This document shows, piece after piece, positions 45,824-53,287 of a stretch of DNA of 53,287 nt (position 1 is the stretch's first letter; the number at the start of each line of letters is the position of its first letter). The stretch covers positions 1 to 53,287 of the IMG/VR virus record IMGVR_UViG_3300005096_000121, one strand, 5' to 3'. The translations under genes and the position numbers were made by a program. The notes under the pieces were generated by a model that saw only the letters and a list, made by a program, of their open reading frames with translations, had not been told where the DNA came from and made no database searches. The DNA is from a virus (taxonomy: Duplodnaviria > Caudoviricetes).

Positions 45824-46024
45824 TTCTAGGAGAAGGCAATGAGTAATTGTGATCCCCCAACTGAACATGAGTTGAATGACGACCCTACAGAGAACTATGA
45901 CTGGGAGCCATTGTGGATTGCCCCAGGTGTTATTGCATTCATGTTTATCACACCACTAATTGTTCTCGGATTTTGTCGTTGGTTGCTGTTCCTAGAATCG
46001 TGGATGGGTTTTGCCTAGCAGACA

Positions 46025-46396
46025 ATGAATGACCACCTCATACTCTACACGCTTCTCTACTCCGATAGATATGAAGTAAACTTAGATGAAGGAACAATCC
46101 TCTCTAAGAAGACTGGAGAGAATCTAAAGTTTGAGTATGCTCCAGTCTCTATTGATCCTCTAAGAAAACATCCAAGTGTTAGGATCAAGATCAATGGGAG
46201 TCGCAAGAAGGTAACTGTTTGTAGACTGATATGGATGGCGAGTCGCAGAGACATAGTTCCTGTAGACTTCGAGATACATCACATTGATTGTGATCCCTAC
46301 AACAATAATTACAAGAATCTAATAGCTCTCTACAAAGATGACCACGGAATGATTCATCTACTTCTACCTGCGGACAAGTCTAAGGCACCTTTCTAA
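46025..46396 (+). CDS. HNH endonuclease (HNH_3-like)
   Basis: V.RLIW...EIHHIDCDPYNNNYKNL. Confidence 0.8.
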   Translation: MNDHLILYTLLYSDRYEVNLDEGTILSKKTGENLKFEYAPVSIDPLRKHPSVRIKINGSRKKVTVCRLIWMASRRDIVPVDFEIHHIDCDPYNNNYKNLIALYKDDHGMIHLLLPADKSKAPF

Positions 46397-46447
46397 ACGC
46401 GATTAAATTTCACGCTTCAGACTCTATACTACCCCCCTAATAATCAG

Positions 46448-46642
46448 TCGGTTAAACAATCTCCACTCATATTCTGTGAGACCCAATTTAGAAATGGGTT
46501 AAATACTCCTTTAATCCAATTCGACAAAGTACATTTAGAAATCGGTTAAAAACAAATCGGTTAAATGTTTTTGAGTCGGATTTAGAAATGCCGGATTTAG
46601 AAATCGGGGTGTTTTGGGTACCCCCTCTGTGGGGGGGGGGGG
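46448..46642. repeat. Cluster of short direct repeats and G-run (possible origin or packaging site)
   Basis: ATTTAGAAAT at 46486, 46533, 46580, 46595; TCGGTTAAA at 46448, 46542, 46557; G12 at 46631-46642. Confidence 0.7.
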
Positions 46643-46876
46643 TGAAAATCACGATCCCACATCGGGACAAAATAAAATCTCACAATGATACAGTTTCCCG
46701 ATGCGGAACAAAATCCAGCCATCCCATAACGATTCTCTCTGCCCAATTCTTAGGCACTCTCTCCCCCTCTCTTGCTTTGCTTAATTGCCCCACCAAGTAA
46801 CGCAATTCCAACCTTCAAATTCTCGCACAGTATAGTAGTCAAAAAATTATCCCAATCTATTTATACTTTTTTTCGA

Positions 46877-46922
46877 TCTACCTATAGTTTTCTCTTGACA
46901 CCACAAAAACTATAGGTAGAAT
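46877..46922 (+). promoter_or_regulatory. Sigma70-like early promoter embedded in a perfect 15-bp inverted repeat
   Basis: TTGACA (46895)-N16-TAGAAT (46917); arms TCTACCTATAGTTTT 46877-46891 / AAAACTATAGGTAGA 46906-46920. Confidence 0.75.
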
Positions 46923-46964
46923 GAGGGCAGACAATCACGACACCACACAACACAGGGCTAAAAA

Positions 46965-47201
46965 ATGAAGACCATTACACAAGAGCAATACCAAGTATTT
47001 GCGGAGCAGAGAAAACTCAGCAAGAAAATTAACAAACTCAATGGCAAGAAAAAACTATTGAAAGAGGAGCTACTGAAAATCTTCGGAAGATCAAAGCACC
47101 TTCAAACTTCTCACGGCACTATCCTTTCAATTGCGACAATCTCAATAGAGCCGACAGAAATTCCTAAAGCTTACACCTACGAAACCGTCAAGGAAATTTG
47201 A
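46965..47201 (+). CDS. Small basic hypothetical protein
   Basis: First ORF after the promoter; 78 aa. Confidence 0.6.
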   Translation: MKTITQEQYQVFAEQRKLSKKINKLNGKKKLLKEELLKIFGRSKHLQTSHGTILSIATISIEPTEIPKAYTYETVKEI

Positions 47202-47260
47202 CTAGAGAAATCACCCTCTCAGTGTTTTAACCCCATCCTCTCTACACAAGGACTAAAACC

Positions 47261-48169
47261 ATGACCGCCACAATCAACCAAGATTCCATCCGCGAAACGC
47301 TCAACAAAGCCTACCCGTTCTCCGTCGATAAATTCCCGCTCTTTGGCCCAGAGTATGCCAAGACTTCCCATTATGGCCTATTCCGTGATGACACCGCTCA
47401 ATGTATAGGAAGTGCTGTAGGTAAGGGCTACCAACCTCACACATTGGACGATATTGCGACTCTAGCTGAGGCTGCTATGCAAGGCTTCTTAGCCGACAAT
47501 TATGGTGACGATGGTGCCAAACTCAATTGCCACTGGGCAAAGGGCCACCACGTAACTATCAGCCCAAGCGACAGCCATCGCCAATCGATCTTCGGCACAA
47601 AAGACAACATATTTCCCCGCTTCATTGTTCACGCCGGATATGGGGGCAAAGCCTTCTCAGCTTCCTTAGGCCTCTACCGCGATTGCTGCACTAATCTAGC
47701 AGAGCTAACCCCGGCAGGTGAGAGCGTATCAATCAAGATCCGCCATACTCACAGTCTTCGACCACGCCTTGAAGACCTAGTATCGTCGTTCCGGAATCTC
47801 GCATCAAAGTGGACAAGCATAGTCGTGACCGCCAGACAACTAGAGGCGACCGAAATTGATTTGCAAGATTTTATTCGGGAAGTCTATCCGCAAAGCTTGA
47901 CAAATACTCATCGGGCTAACACGATGCAGCATAATCGAGCCTATCGAATCGTTCAACGCATTATGAGTGAGCGGCTCAAAACAGGTAGGGACAATCCTAA
48001 CAACCTAAAAACAGCAACCGCGTGGGAAGCTTATAATGGTGTCCAAGGCTACGTACAGCATACGTCAACACGTAGGGGCAGACCAACCCACCACGATAGA
48101 GCTATCCTCGCCCTAGGTGACACAAACGTGAAACGAGCTATGCAGCACGCCCTAGCTTTATCCCAATGA
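47261..48169 (+). CDS. DUF932/DUF945-family protein
   Basis: R.DT...IG.AVG.GY.P, YR..C.N, IRHT, TAWEAYN.V..Y..H. Confidence 0.75.
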   Translation: MTATINQDSIRETLNKAYPFSVDKFPLFGPEYAKTSHYGLFRDDTAQCIGSAVGKGYQPHTLDDIATLAEAAMQGFLADNYGDDGAKLNCHWAKGHHVTISPSDSHRQSIFGTKDNIFPRFIVHAGYGGKAFSASLGLYRDCCTNLAELTPAGESVSIKIRHTHSLRPRLEDLVSSFRNLASKWTSIVVTARQLEATEIDLQDFIREVYPQSLTNTHRANTMQHNRAYRIVQRIMSERLKTGRDNPNNLKTATAWEAYNGVQGYVQHTSTRRGRPTHHDRAILALGDTNVKRAMQHALALSQ

Positions 48170-48230
48170 TCTACAGCTAGTGTAAATCCGTTGCAAGGTA
48201 ATTACCCCCCAACCATCAAAGGATAATCCA

Positions 48231-48647
48231 ATGTCAAAACCGATCAGAGTAGGCGGAGATAGCACAACCCTCACTCGCCCCCAAATATTGTTCATAGCGA
48301 ACGCAGCCATATTTGCATCAACAACCCATAAAGCTATCGATATAGGCATCTGCCACCAATGTGAAGAATGCCGCAATGAATTTCGACAGGGTACAGATGA
48401 ACTATTCGAGAATGTGCTAAAAGGCGTAACAGTAGACGAAGGAACCTTCTCGCCTCACACCTGCCCGTCATGCAAGGACATAGGAGGAACACGCTACTTT
48501 GCTCACGCTGAATTTCGCCATGAAAACAAGAACACAACAGAGCCTAGAATCTGGTACGAATTTGAGCATTTAGAAATATGCTCAAATTGCATTCAATTCT
48601 TCTCTGATAATCGAGTCCCCGACACTGACGACATCAATGTAGAGTAA
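48231..48647 (+). CDS. Hypothetical Cys-rich protein
   Basis: CHQCEEC, FS...CPSC...GGTRY, ICSNC. Confidence 0.6.
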   Translation: MSKPIRVGGDSTTLTRPQILFIANAAIFASTTHKAIDIGICHQCEECRNEFRQGTDELFENVLKGVTVDEGTFSPHTCPSCKDIGGTRYFAHAEFRHENKNTTEPRIWYEFEHLEICSNCIQFFSDNRVPDTDDINVE

Positions 48648-48679
48648 CCACCCCATCCCGCTATCCTGGAATAATAAAA

Positions 48680-48916
48680 ATGAACAAGACATTTATCAAA
48701 CAGATCGTAGACGACAATCGAACCATTGAGAAACTAATATGGCTGGACGACACTACATGCGTAGCGACAGTAGAAGACCCAATCATTGCCTACGAAGAAC
48801 CCGGTCAAGACCAGATGGTACCGTGGTTTGCAGTGTATCAGGGTGGCGAGATAACAATGAGAGTGCCAGCTTGGATGGTCTGCGTAATGTACGAAACTAA
48901 ACCTGCGACAAAGTAA
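48680..48916 (+). CDS. Hypothetical protein
   Basis: I.AYEEPGQ..MVPWFAVY motif; 78 aa. Confidence 0.6.
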   Translation: MNKTFIKQIVDDNRTIEKLIWLDDTTCVATVEDPIIAYEEPGQDQMVPWFAVYQGGEITMRVPAWMVCVMYETKPATK

Positions 48917-48954
48917 CTACCCCCATTCTTTTCAGGAAAGCGGATCAAACTAAT

Positions 48955-50010
48955 ATGATAAATTACATAAAAAAACTATTGTTCCCGTCAAAGGATAGAA
49001 ATGCACCCTCTAAAAATGGCTACCTTGAATCCTACCAAGAGTTACCGTGCATAGGAAAGGTGAGAGGTCAGACACTAGCCAAGAGTGCTATGTTGATTGC
49101 TGCGGCAGGGAATCATAACCTGCTACTCGTGGGTCCACCTGGAGAGGGCAAAACGCATCTTGCGAGTACACTCCCCTCATTCCTTCCCCCACTATCATCT
49201 CACGAGGCAAACACCCTAGAGACTCTCTATTCCGAAGCGGGCTACAAATTCCATGACAAGTATCATCGACCATTCCGTTTAGTTCACCACTCAACATCTA
49301 TTGCAGGATTGATAGGCGGCTATTCATCTCTCACGAAAGGAATCGTACCTGGGGAGATTACCCTAGCTCATAATGGAGTCTTGTTTCTTGATGAGCTAAC
49401 AGAATTCAAACGCGAAACCTTAGATGCTTTACGACAACCTATGGAAGCTGGAGTGATCCAAGTAACACGCTCCGGACAACAACAGACGTTCCCCTCTCAA
49501 TTCCAACTAATCGCTGCAAGCAATCCTTGCAAGTGTGGCTATGCGGGAACGTCTCATTGCACTTGCTCCCCTTACGAAGTACGACGATACCTATCACGGA
49601 TCAGTGGACCTATTATTGACCGCATTGATATGGTTTCACGGATTCACCCCACAACCAAGGAAGACCTTTCTGCTATTCCCGTCGCGAATCAATCCAAGAC
49701 CTATCTGATAATGGTTTTGCAAGCTCGACTGATTCAAGCGAGACGCAATGGACCGGGAAGATACAACGCTCATTTATCTTACGACGAGCTACTGAAGCAA
49801 ACCCACTCTAAAGCAACCCTTCATCTCCTTAGCATGAAGGACAAGAACCCTAAATTTTCAACTAGAAAACTTATACGCACTTTGCGAGTCGCAAGAACCG
49901 TAGCAGACTTTCTTTCACCGCTAGAAACTACCAGGACGAATCACGTAGAGGTAGCTCTGAAGTTTGTAGACTTCGACCTAGCAGAACAATTCATGCCCAA
50001 GCAATCCTAG
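48955..50010 (+). CDS. ComM/YifB Mg-chelatase-like AAA+ ATPase lacking the N-terminal Lon-like domain
   Basis: VRGQ..AK.A..IAAAG.HNLLL.GPPGEGKT, PFR..HHS.S...LIGG, PGEITLAHNGVLFLDE, NPCKCGY, ISGPIIDRID, LRVARTVAD. Confidence 0.9.
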   Translation: MINYIKKLLFPSKDRNAPSKNGYLESYQELPCIGKVRGQTLAKSAMLIAAAGNHNLLLVGPPGEGKTHLASTLPSFLPPLSSHEANTLETLYSEAGYKFHDKYHRPFRLVHHSTSIAGLIGGYSSLTKGIVPGEITLAHNGVLFLDELTEFKRETLDALRQPMEAGVIQVTRSGQQQTFPSQFQLIAASNPCKCGYAGTSHCTCSPYEVRRYLSRISGPIIDRIDMVSRIHPTTKEDLSAIPVANQSKTYLIMVLQARLIQARRNGPGRYNAHLSYDELLKQTHSKATLHLLSMKDKNPKFSTRKLIRTLRVARTVADFLSPLETTRTNHVEVALKFVDFDLAEQFMPKQS

Positions 50011-50025
50011 ATGGAGAGTTGAAAG

Positions 50026-50235
50026 ATGTCATTGATAACTAGGGAGCCAATCTATTCTATTCGCAAATCACATAACAATCCCAACCATCTATCTCGAATT
50101 GGGGAAGCAGGAAAGAGAGTAGCAGCAAGACGCTACCTAGCTAAGCATGGAATAATTATTGGAGACGTTCCAACACACGAACTAACCCATAACTGTAAAG
50201 CAATAAAAACACTTCTAAAGAGTAAAGGAAACTAA
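50026..50235 (+). CDS. Small basic hypothetical protein
   Basis: 69 aa, GGAG RBS. Confidence 0.55.
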   Translation: MSLITREPIYSIRKSHNNPNHLSRIGEAGKRVAARRYLAKHGIIIGDVPTHELTHNCKAIKTLLKSKGN

Positions 50236-50239
50236 ACCG

Positions 50240-50836
50240 ATGACTACTACTGGAAAACAAAACGTAAAAATGGTAGCCTACCGCAAAAGTGAATCGGTAG
50301 TACCTTTCATATATTGGCTAAAAGCTAGACTAACTGATTGGGCAGCTAGCTGCGAAAGGGCGGAAGAACTAAAGCTAGAGCCAGAGAACGGTCGTGGATT
50401 GCCAATTGTCTTTACAGACGATCATCATAAACGATTCGATCACTGGCTACGTCTCCAATATCTAATCGCCTCATTTACTAGCCAATACATAGCTACCATG
50501 CTTTGGTCTGAAAATGATGAGGACGACAACCCACTCGATGAGAACTATTCTATTGACGATCTAGCTCCATACACACTGCAACAGATCATTGCTGATTGTC
50601 GTAAATTCCAAGAGGCCAATGCGAAGTATATTACGGACAACAACGTACTCAGTAGTTATAGTAGCGATACCAATGCTCTAGCTGGTCACAATTTCTGGCT
50701 TACTCGTAACAGTCACGGAGCGGGATTCTGGGATGGTGATTGGAGAGAGGTCGCAGCGATAGCCCTCACTGATTCTGCTAAGTCTTTCGGAGAGTCTCAC
50801 GTATTCGTTCAAGATGGCAAATTGATAGTCGAATAG
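50240..50836 (+). CDS. Hypothetical phage protein (GH.FWLTRN.HGAGFWD family)
   Basis: Y...MLWS ... DC..F ... AGHNFWLTRNSHGAGFWDGDW motif seen in many phage early proteins. Confidence 0.7.
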   Translation: MTTTGKQNVKMVAYRKSESVVPFIYWLKARLTDWAASCERAEELKLEPENGRGLPIVFTDDHHKRFDHWLRLQYLIASFTSQYIATMLWSENDEDDNPLDENYSIDDLAPYTLQQIIADCRKFQEANAKYITDNNVLSSYSSDTNALAGHNFWLTRNSHGAGFWDGDWREVAAIALTDSAKSFGESHVFVQDGKLIVE

Positions 50837-50861
50837 ATTTCACGCTTCAACCCACACACTA

Positions 50862-51458
50862 GTGATAAGGAATGAAACGATGACTACCTTAGAAACACTC
50901 GGAGAAATTGCAAACCTATTAGTTGATGATTGTCATGCTGAACAACTACCACGGCCTGCCATGGGTTGGGTACTGCAATCACCAGACTTCATGCTATTCG
51001 TGTACTTGAGTCGCGACAAATATAGCATCCGTTGGGGCAAATTACCTTCATCATGTGAGCAGTCGGATTATGGTTATCGTGAGTTGGTGCGTAAAACAAA
51101 AACTTCCATCAACATAAGCCGTGATAAGGAACCAAAGCAGATTGCGAGAGAGATCAGACGGAGATTGATTGTGCCATGCCTTAGATTACAAGACGAAAGC
51201 AAACGCTTGCGAGACGAAAAATACAACACCACTCAAACTCTTAACGAGCGGGCAGAGACCTTAGCGAAGATCACAGGGGGATCATTGCTACATCGAACTA
51301 AGTCATGCAAGTTGGTTAGGTTCGATCTAAGTAACGTAGAGAGTCAAGGACGTATCCAGCTTGTTCACAAGGGAGACTTGGTAAACATCGAACTGCTTTC
51401 AATTTCTTATGATTTCGCAGTCGAGGTAGCTGAGTTCGTATCCACAAAAACAAACTAA
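50862..51458 (+). CDS. Hypothetical protein (likely start ATG 50880)
   Basis: 198 aa ORF; partial paralog at 52065. Confidence 0.6.
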   Translation: MIRNETMTTLETLGEIANLLVDDCHAEQLPRPAMGWVLQSPDFMLFVYLSRDKYSIRWGKLPSSCEQSDYGYRELVRKTKTSINISRDKEPKQIAREIRRRLIVPCLRLQDESKRLRDEKYNTTQTLNERAETLAKITGGSLLHRTKSCKLVRFDLSNVESQGRIQLVHKGDLVNIELLSISYDFAVEVAEFVSTKTN

Positions 51459-51476
51459 CAATCATCACAATATCAA

Positions 51477-51923
51477 TTGAGGACTGAGACAATGAATAAA
51501 CTATCGGACAACCCTGCTACTCTTATCCGTGACGCAATCCATGATTTGGAGATTCAAGAAAAGAATCCGAAAGTAGTGATTGATATGGATAGGTGGCACA
51601 CCGCTACCGATCCAAGCTATAGATGCTTTATTTGTTTGGCAGGTGCTGTCATGGTGGAGAGATTAGAGACAAGTCTGAACGATACCCTCAGTCCTGACGA
51701 TTTTGATTGTGATACCCGCAATAAGCTAATTGCTCTCAACTATTTTCGCCAAGGAGAAGTGATTGAAGCGATAGCGACTGTGGGTATTTCCGACTTAAAT
51801 ATGATGGACAGATGTATTGCGCCACATTCCCACGATCCTTACCAGTTCAAAACAGACATGCTACGACTGGCAGATGATATCGAGGATGAATTGAACGCGA
51901 ACAAGAAAGAAGGTGAAGTATGA
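51477..51923 (+). CDS. Hypothetical protein
   Basis: IDM..WH......C..CLAGAVM motif; GAGG RBS before ATG 51492. Confidence 0.65.
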   Translation: MRTETMNKLSDNPATLIRDAIHDLEIQEKNPKVVIDMDRWHTATDPSYRCFICLAGAVMVERLETSLNDTLSPDDFDCDTRNKLIALNYFRQGEVIEAIATVGISDLNMMDRCIAPHSHDPYQFKTDMLRLADDIEDELNANKKEGEV

Positions 51924-52352
51924 ATGCCACAGAAATAACATCTAAAATCTATTGCTGTGGTTGCAAGGGTTTATGCAAAATGGATTGCAAACACTTTAGA
52001 GGCTATGCTGAAGTGAGGTTCAATTATGACAAGCTAATGTTATGTGTTGCAGAAGAGTTAGGCTGTGATTGGCGTTGTAGTTTTAGTGCTCGTTTGTCCG
52101 GTTGTTATCTGGTTAGTCACGAAACTATTTTCTACTGCGTATGATTGCGACCATTCTATTCGATGGAGACCGGACCACACAATGCTGCGAAGACTCAAAC
52201 TCGACCTCAATGATAGGATGTTATTACAAGCCACTAAAGTTATAAATATATCGGGCAATAAGAAACCTAAAACTATTGCGAAAGAAATAGAGCGAAGATT
52301 GTTGTGCGATGTGAGGTCAATAATGGCATTCTATAATGCAACTAGTTACTAA
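51920..52352 (+). pseudogene. Split/frameshifted partial paralog of 50862..51458 (ORFs 51920..52144 and 52065..52352)
   Basis: HSIRW...VINISGNKKPKTIAKEIERRLL vs YSIRW...SINISRDKEPKQIAREIRRRLI. Confidence 0.4.
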
Positions 52353-52399
52353 TAGGGTTTTTCAGATTGGGGATAAGTTGGCTGCATAAAAGGATGTAC

Positions 52400-53287
52400 T
52401 CGTTTTTCGGTTATAGGGAGAAATGGGGGTATAATTATGGTGACGAGTAAAGCCCACTACCTTCTACCTCTACCTCTCCAATACACCCTTCTTATACTTA
52501 GGGTATTCACACTACTAGGGTATTCTACCTATACACATCTATTAGAGTGATTACCCCCAAGTGCATTTACCCCGTAGAGTCTTTACCCCTCTAGGTGAAT
52601 ACCCTAGTCCTCATTCTGTAGAAGATGTGCTTTCCTAAGATAGCTAGTGCATATACACCATTAGGGTAATCACACTACAACTCTCATCTACCATCCTAGG
52701 GTAGCTCTGCTATGATCCTCCTCTCTCACCACATGAACATATGAGCACCATGAGATAGGGAGATCGTCACGTGAGTGCCATACAGACCTAAACTCCCCAC
52801 CTTATCACTATACCCTCTGTGAAGCTCTCACAGCCCTCTCTAGCTCCTCTAAGCTAATTAGGCTCTATCCATAGCCTATCTCCATTAAGAGTCCTTAGAA
52901 GACCTCACAGAGCCTTAGAGCATCTATCCTCTGTCTGCTCCTCATATAAGCACCCTGATAGGACCATGCTCAAATACTAGGCATCACATGAAGGGGGTAG
53001 AGACACAGAGGATGTCCATATAGAGGGCTCTCACACGCTATCTAACAGCAATGGATGAGATGAGGCTGTATCCAATCACATTGTGAGAGAGGATAGCTTA
53101 GGAGATGAGTGAGAGGATGGTAGAGAGTAGCCCTAGAGTAGTGTACATAGATACGTGGGGTATACACCCCCTAAACTTAGAGTAGGTTCCCTATTGCAGC
53201 TATACGGGGTCATATGAATGAATCAGGTAGAAATGTGTATTTGGGGTGATACAAATAAATGAGAGTGTGATGAACGACCTCAATACA
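52400..53287. other. Long non-coding region with CT-rich first half and GA-rich second half
   Basis: No ORF of 60 aa or more; recurring CTACC/CCCTAG/CTCTC words and their complements. Confidence 0.6.

Noticed and set aside
2222-50850. Motif A as CRISPR repeats or mini-arrays
   Set aside because: Copies are isolated, kilobases apart and in both orientations, with no repeat-spacer periodicity and no cas genes
1-53287. Genome-wide UGA or UAG recoding suggested by the UCA-like tRNA
   Set aside because: TerL, polymerase, primase, MCP and portal are uninterrupted in code 11; TGA and TAG are used as normal stops with coupled starts

Overview
This 53.3 kb window looks like a near-complete or complete genome of a tailed dsDNA bacteriophage (siphovirus-like). 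No integrase or CI-type repressor was recognised, so it is probably lytic. The host cannot be determined from the sequence; the style of the exported proteins only weakly suggests Planctomycetota. Layout: small hypothetical genes, LuxR-type HTH, LamG protein and terminase large subunit (1-5.7 kb). A minus-strand host-interaction island (6.1-11.4 kb) encodes an exported SNase-type nuclease, an atypical tRNA, a Tad1-like anti-defence protein and an exported trypsin-like protease with a collagen stalk. Two paralogous minus-strand proteins lie at 12.5-15.3 kb. Head and tail genes (15.4-31 kb) are in an unusual order, with the tail-chaperone frameshift pair and the portal placed after the tape measure. 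The replication/recombination module (31-40.3 kb) has RuvC-like resolvase, family-4 UDG, PD-(D/E)XK nuclease, AAA recombinase, acidic SSB-like protein, family A polymerase and primase-helicase. A holin-like gene, PAS protein, probable TerS and HNH occupy 42.5-46.4 kb, followed by an early-type module with DUF932 and a ComM/YifB-like ATPase (46.9-52.3 kb). The most striking unexplained signals are: two dispersed DNA motifs repeated about 13-14 times each across the genome; a hairpin-dense ~300 nt non-coding element directly after terL; a tRNA-Cys-like gene with an 8-nt anticodon loop (UUCA/UCA); and K/R-rich terminal tails on many DNA-handling proteins. All family calls are by eye from motifs; no database searches were run.
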